From NCBI GenBank assembly GCA_963701965.1, contig OY969695.1:608001-672000 (forward strand): 64,000 bases of DNA. Direction: 5' to 3'. Positions 34,118 through 42,534 of the stretch are shown here, piece after piece. Position 1 is the stretch's first letter. Each line of letters begins with the position of its first letter. Source of the DNA: an uncultured Gemmatimonadales bacterium (GTDB taxonomy: Bacteria > Gemmatimonadota > Gemmatimonadetes > Gemmatimonadales > Gemmatimonadaceae). A program made the translations under genes and the position numbers. The notes beneath the pieces were generated by a model, which did not search any database, was not told where the DNA came from, and saw only the letters and a program-made list of their open reading frames with translations.

Positions 34118-35110
34118 ATGACGCAGATTTGCGGCACACGCCTCACGGCGCTCGGGACCTATGTGCCGCGCCGCGTGGTGACCAACGAGGACCTGTCACG
34201 GCTCGTCGACACCAACGACGAATGGATCCGCCGGCGGACCGGCATCCGGGAACGGCGGGCCTCGGCCGATGATGAGTTCACGTCGGATCTCTGCGTCGCG
34301 GCCGTACAGGACCTGGAGGCCCGGTCACCCGGGGCGCTCGAAGGCACGGAGCTCATCATCGTTGGCACGACGACGCCGGATTACGCGTTTCCCAGTGTCG
34401 CGGCCTCCGTGCAAGTGCGCTTAGGGCTCCACGGCGCCGGCGCCGTCGACATCCAGGCGACGTGCGCGGGATTCATGTACGGATTGCATCTGGCCAACGG
34501 TCTGGTCGCGGGCGGCGTCCACCGCAAGGTGCTGGTGGTCAGCGGTGAAACGCTCACCAAGGTCACCGACTACACCGACCGCACCTCGTGCATTCTGTTC
34601 GGCGACGGCGCCGGCGCCGCGCTCGTCGAGGCCACGGACCGCCCCACGATCCGGGCGTCCCTTGTCGGCGCCGACGGCGACAAAGGGCCGTTCCTGTTTC
34701 GCACGGGACTCTCGACGCGCATCAACCAGGCCGGCGCGCGTCCGGGCATGATCTACCAGAACGGCCGCGAGGTCTACCGGTGGGCGGTGGAGACCGTCTC
34801 CACGGGCGTCTGCGAGTTGATGCGGCGCGCCGGCGTGGCGCCGGACGGTATCGACTGGTTCGTGCCCCACAGCGCCAACACCCGGATCACCGAGGCCGTC
34901 TGCGAACGCACGGGCATTCCCGTGGAACGGACCCTGTCGAGCATCGAATGGTACGGCAACACCTCGGCGGCCACGATCCCGTTGGCGCTCAAGCTGGGGG
35001 CCGATGCCGGCAAGATCCGGAACGGCGACACGATGTTGCTGTACGGGTTCGGTGGTGGGTTGGTGCACGCGGGTATGTTGCTCGAATGGCACCTGGGCGC
35101 GCACGACTAG
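34118..35110 (+). CDS. fabH: 3-oxoacyl-ACP synthase III
   Basis: ATCAGF (Cys), VPHSAN (His), GNTSAA (Asn), FGDGAGA. Confidence 0.92.
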   Translation: MTQICGTRLTALGTYVPRRVVTNEDLSRLVDTNDEWIRRRTGIRERRASADDEFTSDLCVAAVQDLEARSPGALEGTELIIVGTTTPDYAFPSVAASVQVRLGLHGAGAVDIQATCAGFMYGLHLANGLVAGGVHRKVLVVSGETLTKVTDYTDRTSCILFGDGAGAALVEATDRPTIRASLVGADGDKGPFLFRTGLSTRINQAGARPGMIYQNGREVYRWAVETVSTGVCELMRRAGVAPDGIDWFVPHSANTRITEAVCERTGIPVERTLSSIEWYGNTSAATIPLALKLGADAGKIRNGDTMLLYGFGGGLVHAGMLLEWHLGAHD

Positions 35111-35898
35111 CGCTTCTCGCGATCCTCGCCGGCTGCAGCGGCAGCGGCTCCAAGCCGGCGGCGCCCCGGTCACAAGACTCGACCGCGGCCGCGCCCGGGG
35201 TGCCGACCAGCAGTGTGGCGGTCGTCCACCGTTGGCCGCATGACGCGACCGCCTTCACGGAAGGGCTCGAGTTCCATCAGGGGCGGGTCTACGAGGGCAC
35301 GGGCCTCAACGGCCAGTCGGGCGTTCGCATGAGCGATCTGGCGACGGCCACGGTCCAGCGCCGCGTGGCGCTCCCCCAGGTCGACTTCGGCGAAGGCATC
35401 ACGATCTTCCGGGGACGGTTGTACGAGCTGACGTGGCAGAACGGCGTGGGATTCATCTACGACACCGCGACGTTCACCCGGAAGGGGACATTCACGTATT
35501 CCGGACAAGGCTGGGGCCTCACGCACGACAGCGCGTCGCTCATCATGAGCGATGGGACCGACGTGTTGCGCTATCTCGATCCGACGACCCTGCGCGTGAC
35601 CAAAGCGCTGGCGGTGACGTCGGGCGGCCTGCCCGTGCAGCGACTCAACGAGTTGGAGTGGATCAAAGGGCAGATTTGGGCGAACATCTGGCAAACGCCG
35701 CAAATCGCGCGCATCGATCCGCATACGGGAGCGGTCGTCGGATGGATCGACCTCACCAATCTCGTGCCGACCGGCTCGCAATTCGATTCGGTCAATGTGG
35801 CCAATGGCATCGCCTACGACTCAGCCGGTGACAGAGTATTTGTCACCGGGAAGCGTTGGCCAGTGCTATTCGAGATCAAGCTGGAGCCGGCGAAATAG
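35086..35898 (+). CDS. Glutaminyl-peptide cyclotransferase (plant/bacterial beta-propeller type), lipoprotein
   Basis: LAGC lipobox; FTEGL, YEGTG, FGEGIT, LTW, GWGLT, LNELE, NGIAY, TGKRW. Confidence 0.92.
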   Translation: MAPGRARLALLAILAGCSGSGSKPAAPRSQDSTAAAPGVPTSSVAVVHRWPHDATAFTEGLEFHQGRVYEGTGLNGQSGVRMSDLATATVQRRVALPQVDFGEGITIFRGRLYELTWQNGVGFIYDTATFTRKGTFTYSGQGWGLTHDSASLIMSDGTDVLRYLDPTTLRVTKALAVTSGGLPVQRLNELEWIKGQIWANIWQTPQIARIDPHTGAVVGWIDLTNLVPTGSQFDSVNVANGIAYDSAGDRVFVTGKRWPVLFEIKLEPAK

Positions 35899-35903
35899 CG
35901 GAG

Positions 35904-35961
35904 TAACGTTCGCCGCGCTGGGCCCGTCAGCAGGGTGAACCTACTACCCGAGAGGCCCAGC
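35904..35961 (+). promoter_or_regulatory. Putative -10 element and RBS-occluding 5' UTR hairpin of the peptide gene
   Basis: TAACGT at 35904. GCTGGGCC (35917-35924) pairs with GGCCCAGC (35954-35961), overlapping the SD GAGAGG. Confidence 0.5.
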
Positions 35962-35962
35962 T

Positions 35963-36082
35963 ATGCTTCGACGCATTGCCATCCTGGCCGCCGTGCTCTT
36001 CGCCGCGGCCTGTGCGAGCGCCACCGCACCCACCAGCAGCTGCGGCGGTGGGATGAGCATGGGCAGTGACAGCCGGTGCTGA
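35963..36082 (+). CDS. Small secreted (lipo)peptide, 39 aa, not in ORF track
   Basis: SD GAGAGG; MLRRIAILAAVLFAAAC-ASATAPTSS-CGGGMSMGSDSRC*. Confidence 0.8.
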   Translation: MLRRIAILAAVLFAAACASATAPTSSCGGGMSMGSDSRC

Positions 36083-36091
36083 TGCGGCTGA

Positions 36092-36235
36092 TGCTAGAGT
36101 TCCGCGCAGCGGAACTCAGTTCAACCGACGCGGTCTAGCAGCGTGCGTTTTTCAGCACCTGCTAGAGTTCCGCGCAGCGGAACTCAGTTCAACCGACGCG
36201 GTCTAGCAGCGTGCGTTTTTCAGCACCTGCTAGAG
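36092..36235. repeat. 68-bp tandem direct repeat (2 copies + 8 bp) with nested inverted repeats
   Basis: Units start at 36092, 36160 and 36228; each contains GAGTTCCGC-GCA-GCGGAACTC and TGCTAGA...TCTAGCA. Confidence 0.95.
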
Positions 36236-37510
36236 CGCTGTACCGACACGCTCCCGTAATTCTCTGACCGCTTGAACGACGTGGGCCACCGACGCTGGGC
36301 TCTCGATGCTCGGCGCCGGTGGCTGCGGCTCCTCGTGCCGTCCCATGGCCTCCAACGCCTCCTCGGCCTGCACCAGGATCGCGTTCAGCTTGTGCCGCTG
36401 CGCCACCTCGATGGCGCGCTCGTAGGCGAGACGCGCCGGCTCCTCGCGCCCGAACCGCCGCAACCCTTCGCCCGCGTACAGGTGGTAGTGCGCGGCCCCG
36501 CGCGGCGGCAGCGCGCATGCCGCCAACTCCCGGCGACACTGCTCGAATTCCAACTCCCGGCCACCGAGCTGCGCCAGATGCATGAGATTGATGGCGGCGA
36601 TGGCCCGGCCGTAGGGCTCGTGCGCCGACGTGTGCAGCACTTGGAACGCATCGCGCGCCGCGTCGTGGAGTCCGAGCGCCGTCAGGTTGTACGCGATGTC
36701 GACGAGCACCCGCTCGCGCCCCCGCTCGTCGCGGTACGCGTTCAACGCCTCGAAATAGAGTGTGACGGCCCGTTCGGGGTCCCCGCGATCGGTCGCGGCG
36801 ACTCCGCGATCATGCTTGGCGCGGGCCAGCACGTCGGACAGATCGGCGGCCCCGGACTCCCGCATCCGCGCCGTCGCCTCGGCAATGACCGCGTCGAGCA
36901 CCCGCTCGGCGGCGGGATAGTTGCCGCGATCCCTGAGCACGTGCGCCTCGCCCAGGCGCGCCAGCAACGCGGTCTGCGTGTCACCCGCCTCTTCCGCGCA
37001 TCGGCCGCCCGCCTGATACGCGGACAGCGCCGCGTCGCTATCGCCCGCAATGCGCCGGCAGGCGCCCAGTCGCACGTAGGCCAGTGGGATGAACTGTTGC
37101 TCCTCGTCGGTCCGCGCATGGCGCACGAACGTCTGAAAGGCATCGGCGGCCAGCGTCCAGGCTTCGAGCTCGCGCAAATGTTGCGCGTAGGCCAGCAACG
37201 CCGCCGTGACTTCGGTCGCGCGGCGTCCCCAGAAGCGGCTCGCCGCCGTCACCAATGTGCCGAGCAACTCGCGGACGCGCGGGTCGTCCACCGAGGCGAC
37301 CGCGCGCTGCACGGCGTGGACTTCGCGCAGCAGCGGGGCATGTTCTCCCTCGCTGGCGTCCGCCCATTTGTCGATGAACCGCAGCACCAGGAATCCCGCC
37401 AGCGTGCGATGCCAGCCTGGCGCCGCTTCAGTCAGCGTGCCGAGCGCCTCGATAAAGGCCAGGTGGGCGGTCGGTGGCACATCGTGCAGGGGTCCACCAT
37501 CGACGGTCAT
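36230..37510 (-). CDS. All-helical TPR-like protein (426 aa), candidate peptide receptor
   Basis: TPR-like A/G periodicity; cytoplasmic; paralog of 28023-29303. Confidence 0.85.
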   Translation of the reverse strand: MTVDGGPLHDVPPTAHLAFIEALGTLTEAAPGWHRTLAGFLVLRFIDKWADASEGEHAPLLREVHAVQRAVASVDDPRVRELLGTLVTAASRFWGRRATEVTAALLAYAQHLRELEAWTLAADAFQTFVRHARTDEEQQFIPLAYVRLGACRRIAGDSDAALSAYQAGGRCAEEAGDTQTALLARLGEAHVLRDRGNYPAAERVLDAVIAEATARMRESGAADLSDVLARAKHDRGVAATDRGDPERAVTLYFEALNAYRDERGRERVLVDIAYNLTALGLHDAARDAFQVLHTSAHEPYGRAIAAINLMHLAQLGGRELEFEQCRRELAACALPPRGAAHYHLYAGEGLRRFGREEPARLAYERAIEVAQRHKLNAILVQAEEALEAMGRHEEPQPPAPSIESPASVAHVVQAVRELRERVGTAL

Positions 37511-37561
37511 TGCGGGATAACATTCAGCCGACTGGCGACCACCGCAAGCTAAGACCGCACG

Positions 37562-38047
37562 CTAACGCCTCACGACGATCTCTCCCGCCGGCACCTCGAT
37601 CTTCGGTTGCTCGCGATCCACCGGCACGATGAGCGCCGACAAGTAGTAGCGACCCGCCGGAAGGTCGATACTGGGCCCGTAACGCCCGGTCTGCGCCGTA
37701 TACGAAGCACCAGGCGCCAGTCGCTCGCGTACCGGCTTGACGTAGCACTCGGCGCCCGCCGACGCATCGTACACCGGCGCGCCCGCGCGGTCGGCGTGCG
37801 CGAAGATGCGCAGCAGTGCCGCGCAGTTCCCCCCCAGGACTTCGAGCGTGGCGGGATGGTCGCTGGCGTTGGTGACCGTGACGGTCACTTGCACTTCGAG
37901 CGGTCCAAAGAGGTTGGCGCCGCTGTTCGAGGCCGTGAGACGAAAATCACCCGACGTCACCGCCGCCGCGTTGGGCACGGGATGATGGTCGGGCGCTCGG
38001 GAATGACAGCCGAAGAAGAGCAACGCGAGGCAGGCACACCAACGCAT
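37562..38047 (-). CDS. Hypothetical lipoprotein (Ig-like, BsuPI-like)
   Basis: FFGC lipobox; VTVTN...L.PG...LPAGRY. Confidence 0.7.
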   Translation of the reverse strand: MRWCACLALLFFGCHSRAPDHHPVPNAAAVTSGDFRLTASNSGANLFGPLEVQVTVTVTNASDHPATLEVLGGNCAALLRIFAHADRAGAPVYDASAGAECYVKPVRERLAPGASYTAQTGRYGPSIDLPAGRYYLSALIVPVDREQPKIEVPAGEIVVRR

Positions 38048-38056
38048 CGCGTGAGT

Positions 38057-38395
38057 CTAGTCGGTGGACGCCTCCGCGCACCACCGGCCGATTTCTTCGC
38101 GGAGCAGATGCGTGCACCATTCCGGCGTTCCTGAAGGGACCGCGCCATCGACGGCGCGCAGGATGCGCCGGCGCGCCGCGTCGACGCCCATGCCTTCGCG
38201 CCGCCGCTCGGTGAGATGCAGGAGCACTTCGAGCCGCAAACGTTCAAGCGGCCCCAACCCTGGGAGCGGCGACCGCGCGACCGCGAGCGGGCGGAGCGGA
38301 CTCGGCTCATCGCCGACGACGTCGGCCAATGCCGCCAGCACCGCCGGCGACACGCCTACACCCTCACGACGCCCGGCCTCGAACGCGATGGACAT
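38057..38395 (-). CDS. Hypothetical protein
   Basis: Co-oriented ORF filling the gap; start uncertain. Confidence 0.5.
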   Translation of the reverse strand: MSIAFEAGRREGVGVSPAVLAALADVVGDEPSPLRPLAVARSPLPGLGPLERLRLEVLLHLTERRREGMGVDAARRRILRAVDGAVPSGTPEWCTHLLREEIGRWCAEASTD

Positions 38396-38549
38396 GGCGC
38401 CAACGTAGGTGGGCACAATGACCGACGCGGTGATAGAGGTCACACGCGGATTCCGGCCGCCGCAATAGACGCCGAACGTTTGCGTAACTCGTGGTCCCAC
38501 TATTAGATACACCTCCAGACATCTGTCTCCTTCCCATACAGGACGTATC

Positions 38550-40364
38550 ATGCGACATCAGTCGATAGTCCTTGCGGCGGTGGCCGCGGCAACGCTCGCG
38601 GGAGTTGGTACGGCGCGCGCACAAGGGGATCTCTCCACAATGTCCCAGGACCCGAAGCAATGGGTCATGACGGGGCGCACGTACGATCTCCAGCGCTATA
38701 GCCCCTTGGCACAGATCACCGCCGCCAACGTGGCCCACCTCCACGCGGCCTGGAGTTTCTCGACCGGCACGCTGCGCGGACACGAGGGCAACCCGCTCGT
38801 GATCGGCAGCGTCATGTACGTGCACTCCTCGTTCCCCAACAAGGTCTACGCGCTCGATCTCACCAAGCCCGGCGCGCCCCAGATCTGGCAGTACACGCCA
38901 GAGCAGGACGCCAACGTGATCCCGATCGCGTGCTGCGACGTGGTCAACCGCGGCCTGGCCTATCACCCCAGCGGCAAGCTGTACATCGAGCTGCTGCAGG
39001 GGGACTTGTTGGCCCTCGACGCCAAGACCGGGAAGAAGATCTTCCAGGTCAAGAGCGCCGATTTCCACAAGGGCGAGACGATGACCAACGCCCCGCTCGT
39101 GGTGAAGAACGTCGTGCTCACGGGGATCTCGGGCGGCGAGTTCGGCGTCCGGGGCCGCATCACGGCCTTCAATGCCATGGACGGCCATGAGCTGTGGCGC
39201 GGGTACTCGACCGGTCCCGACAAAGACGTGCTGATCACCGAGAACACGCTCAAGTCCCCGTACCCGTCCGCTCAAGGCAAAGACTTGGGTGTCTCGACGT
39301 GGCAGGGGGATGAGTGGCAGCGCGGCGGCGGCACGACGTGGGGATGGTACTCCTACGATCCGCAACTCAACCTGTTCTACTACGGCTCGGGCAATCCGGG
39401 CACGTGGAATCCCGATCAGCGGCCGGGCGACAACAAGTGGTCGATGACGATCTGGGCCCGGAGCCCGGAGACGGGCGAAGTGAAGTGGGCCTATCAGATG
39501 ACCCCGCACGATGCGTGGGACTATGACGGCGTGAACGAGATGATCTTGAGCGACCAGACGATCGGCGGGAAGCCCGTCAAGGCGCTCACGCACTTCGATC
39601 GCAACGGGTTCGGCTACACGCTCGATCGGACGAATGGGAAAGTCTTGGTGGCCAACCCCTACGGGCCGACGAACTGGGCGAAGTCGGTCGATCTGACGAC
39701 GGGACGGCCGGTGGAAGATGCCTCGAAGCGGACGACGGCCAAGGGGAACACGGAAGGGATTTGCCCGGCGGCGATCGGGTTCAAGGATCAGCAGCCGGCG
39801 GCGTACTCGCCGAAGACGCAGCTCTTCTACGTGCCGGTGAACAACATCTGCATGGACTACGAGGGCGTGGAAGTGAAGTACGCGGCGGGGCAGCCGTACG
39901 TGGGCGCGATCGTGCGGATGTTCCCGGGCCCGGGCGGCAACCGCGGGCGTTTCATCGCCTGGGATCCGCGCCTGGGGAAAGTGGTGTGGGAGGATAAGGA
40001 GAATCTCGCGGCCTACGGCGGGGTGCTGACGACTGGCGGCGATCTCGTCTTCTACGGGACAATGGAAGGGTGGTTGAAGGCGGTGGATCCGAAGACGGGC
40101 AAGCTCTTGTGGCAGTACAAGACGCCGTCGGGGATCATCGGGAACCCGATGACGTATGTGGGGCCCGATGGGAAGCAGTACGTGGCAGTGTTGTCGGGGA
40201 TCGGCGGGTGGGCCGGGATCGGCGTGGCCGCCGGGATCGGGGCCGAGGATCCGACCGCGGGCTTGGGCGCGCTCGGCGCGTTCGGGGACGCCGGATCCTA
40301 CACGACGCAAGGTGGTGTCCTGACCGTGTTCGCGCTCGACAACGCGGCAGCGACAGCCAAGTAA
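38550..40364 (+). CDS. xoxF: PQQ-dependent methanol dehydrogenase, lanthanide-dependent XoxF type
   Basis: Signal peptide; ACCDVVNRG vicinal Cys; GISGGEFGVRG; GSGNPGTWNP; TPHDAWDYDGVNE (D-x-D); Trp-docking repeats. Confidence 0.9.
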   Translation: MRHQSIVLAAVAAATLAGVGTARAQGDLSTMSQDPKQWVMTGRTYDLQRYSPLAQITAANVAHLHAAWSFSTGTLRGHEGNPLVIGSVMYVHSSFPNKVYALDLTKPGAPQIWQYTPEQDANVIPIACCDVVNRGLAYHPSGKLYIELLQGDLLALDAKTGKKIFQVKSADFHKGETMTNAPLVVKNVVLTGISGGEFGVRGRITAFNAMDGHELWRGYSTGPDKDVLITENTLKSPYPSAQGKDLGVSTWQGDEWQRGGGTTWGWYSYDPQLNLFYYGSGNPGTWNPDQRPGDNKWSMTIWARSPETGEVKWAYQMTPHDAWDYDGVNEMILSDQTIGGKPVKALTHFDRNGFGYTLDRTNGKVLVANPYGPTNWAKSVDLTTGRPVEDASKRTTAKGNTEGICPAAIGFKDQQPAAYSPKTQLFYVPVNNICMDYEGVEVKYAAGQPYVGAIVRMFPGPGGNRGRFIAWDPRLGKVVWEDKENLAAYGGVLTTGGDLVFYGTMEGWLKAVDPKTGKLLWQYKTPSGIIGNPMTYVGPDGKQYVAVLSGIGGWAGIGVAAGIGAEDPTAGLGALGAFGDAGSYTTQGGVLTVFALDNAAATAK

Positions 40365-40376
40365 CGGCGACGTTCG

Positions 40377-40763
40377 TCAGGGGGGCCGGCGCAAAGTCAG
40401 TGTTGTCGCCGGCCCCAGGCCCAACCCCCCATCGGTTCGCAGCGTCGCCGCGATATCGCCCTCCGCGCGCAACCGGCCGCTCAGCTGCGCCGACTCAATG
40501 TCAATGACACCCGATCGCCATGGCGCCAGCACCAGCGCAATGGTATCGCGGGCGAGGATCCCCCGCACCGCGATCGGGAACGACCGACCGTCGGTTTGTG
40601 CGACGCCCCACCCGCGGAGACTATCGCCGTGGGTCCGGAGTGTGAACGCCACGGCCACGGGTCCGGCGCTCGCCGGATCGTTGACCCCCTGCCACCGGCC
40701 GTCGACTCCCGTCCCCGCACAGGCCGTCAGTAGCGCCACGCATCCCACGCACGACAATCGCAT
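40377..40763 (-). CDS. Hypothetical lipoprotein
   Basis: LTAC lipobox, G.W.G motif; TATACT 6 nt upstream. Confidence 0.65.
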   Translation of the reverse strand: MRLSCVGCVALLTACAGTGVDGRWQGVNDPASAGPVAVAFTLRTHGDSLRGWGVAQTDGRSFPIAVRGILARDTIALVLAPWRSGVIDIESAQLSGRLRAEGDIAATLRTDGGLGLGPATTLTLRRPP

Positions 40764-40786
40764 CGGTCCAGTATATTCGCTCTATC

Positions 40787-41296
40787 ATGCGACGCGCACA
40801 TGCGGCATTGGCATTCGCGGTATTGGCATTCGCGGTATTGGCATTCGCGGTATTGGCCGTTCTCGCGTTGGCGCCGGGCAGCGCCGGCGCCCAGATGATC
40901 ACGGCGAACCCCTGTTCGCTGCTGACCACGCGCGAAGTCCAGGCCGCGACTCGCGACACGGTCACGGTGGCTCCCGTGCTGTCACAGTTCCAGATCCCCG
41001 AGTGCGCCATCGCGACGGCGCCGCCGGGCGGCGGGCCATCCAATGGCGTCGTCAAGATCCGGATCGAGTCGACGCGCGACTACGACGACTTGTTCTGGGC
41101 CGCCGCGACCACGGACCGCCAGCCCATCCCGGGGCTCGGCGACCGCGCCGTGATCATGGGCATCCCGCCGGTCGTCAAAGTCCTGCACCGCGGACACGTC
41201 TACACCATCAGCTACGAGAACGCCACGCTCCAGCCGGACGAGATCAAGACGCGCGAGCGGGCGCTGGCCGCCTTCGCGATCGCCCGCGCCCCTTGA
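40787..41296 (+). CDS. Hypothetical secreted protein
   Basis: Signal peptide; NPCSLLT..EV, IPGLGDRA. Confidence 0.75.
   Translation: MRRAHAALAFAVLAFAVLAFAVLAVLALAPGSAGAQMITANPCSLLTTREVQAATRDTVTVAPVLSQFQIPECAIATAPPGGGPSNGVVKIRIESTRDYDDLFWAAATTDRQPIPGLGDRAVIMGIPPVVKVLHRGHVYTISYENATLQPDEIKTRERALAAFAIARAP
40811..40855. repeat. 15-bp tandem repeat x3 encoding (AFAVL)3 in a signal peptide
   Basis: GCATTCGCGGTATTG x3. Confidence 0.95.
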
Positions 41297-41298
41297 CG

Positions 41299-42534
41299 AT
41301 GCTGGCGAGCGACAACGAGCCGCTCGTCGAGCTCCGGGATCGCGCGGAGCGCCAACTCAATGCGGTGCGGGCCGTCATTCTCGGGCTGCTCACGATCGCG
41401 GCCCTGGCCTACGCGCCGACGCTGACGCCGGCGCTTCGCATGGTGAACGTGTCGATCCTCGTTCCCACGTTGGCCTGGACCTTCTTCCAGTACGCCCGGT
41501 GGTACGGACAGGGGCGGTTGCCGGCGTGGCTTACGATCGCCAACCCGGTCGTGGACGTCACCGCCGTCACGGCCAGCATGTTCGGGTACGGCATGACGCA
41601 GTCGGCGGGGTTGGCGCTCAAGGCGCCCATCTTCCTCGCCTACTTCGCGATTCTGGCGGCCCGCCCGGTGACGTCGTCCACCCGGATCGCGGCCGCCGTG
41701 TCGGCGCTCGTGGTCGGCGAGTACGCCGCGCTGGTGGCCTTCGTGATCATGACCGGCCGGGTGGCGGTGACGGCAAGCCCGCTCGCGGCGGCGGCCGGGA
41801 GCGCGGTCGCGCCGCTCAATGAGGGCGCGAAGCTGCTGCTGCTGGCCGTTGCCGGCGCCGCGTCCGCGTACGCCACGGCGTGGCACGAGCGCCTGGCCCT
41901 TCGCTACGCGGAAGCGGCGCGGGAGCAAGAGCGCCTCGCGGTCCGACTCGGGCGGGCCCAGTTCGAGAGTCTCAAGCAGCAGTTGCAGCCGCATTTCCTC
42001 TTCAACGCCTTGAATGCGATCACGGCGCTCATCGCGATCGACGCCCGCGCCGCGGAGCGCGCGGTGAACGGCCTCGGCGAGTTGCTCCGCCTCTCGCTCG
42101 AGGCCGGGGCCGAACACGAAGTGCGGATCGAGCGCGAGTTGGAGCTGCTCGGACACTACGTCGGCGTGCAGCGGTTGCGGTTTCAGGAACGCTTAGCCGT
42201 GCGCATCGACTTGGATCCGGCCGCGCGGGCGGCCATCGTGCCCAACCTCGTGCTGCAACCCCTGGTCGAGAACGCCATTCGCCACGGCATCCAGCCGCGC
42301 GCCTCGGGGGGCACCGTGAACGTCCGCGCCCTGCGCGACGGCGGGGTGCTCCGGCTGACGGTGACCGACGACGGGATCGGGGCCAGTCTCGACGGCTCGT
42401 ACCGCGAGGGCATAGGTTTGGGCAACACACGCGCGCGCCTCCGGCACCTGTACGGAGACCGCCAGCGCCTGACCGTGTCGACCGCGCCGGGCGCCGGATT
42501 CACGGTCGACATCGAGCTACCGTATCGCACGTGA
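41299..42534 (+). CDS. LytS-family sensor histidine kinase
   Basis: Multiple TM segments; QLQPHFLFNALN, QPLVENAIRHG, GIGLGN. Confidence 0.93.
   Translation: MLASDNEPLVELRDRAERQLNAVRAVILGLLTIAALAYAPTLTPALRMVNVSILVPTLAWTFFQYARWYGQGRLPAWLTIANPVVDVTAVTASMFGYGMTQSAGLALKAPIFLAYFAILAARPVTSSTRIAAAVSALVVGEYAALVAFVIMTGRVAVTASPLAAAAGSAVAPLNEGAKLLLLAVAGAASAYATAWHERLALRYAEAAREQERLAVRLGRAQFESLKQQLQPHFLFNALNAITALIAIDARAAERAVNGLGELLRLSLEAGAEHEVRIERELELLGHYVGVQRLRFQERLAVRIDLDPAARAAIVPNLVLQPLVENAIRHGIQPRASGGTVNVRALRDGGVLRLTVTDDGIGASLDGSYREGIGLGNTRARLRHLYGDRQRLTVSTAPGAGFTVDIELPYRT

Noticed and set aside
35086..36082. Glutaminyl cyclase as RiPP maturase of the adjacent peptide
   Set aside because: The peptide contains no Gln or Glu; the cyclase is better explained by general capping of exported proteins.
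35963..36082. Peptide as PqqA for the PQQ enzymes
   Set aside because: Lacks the E-x-x-x-Y motif and has a signal peptide.
36092..36235. Possible CRISPR array
   Set aside because: Units are contiguous identical 68-mers with no unique spacers, and there are no cas genes.
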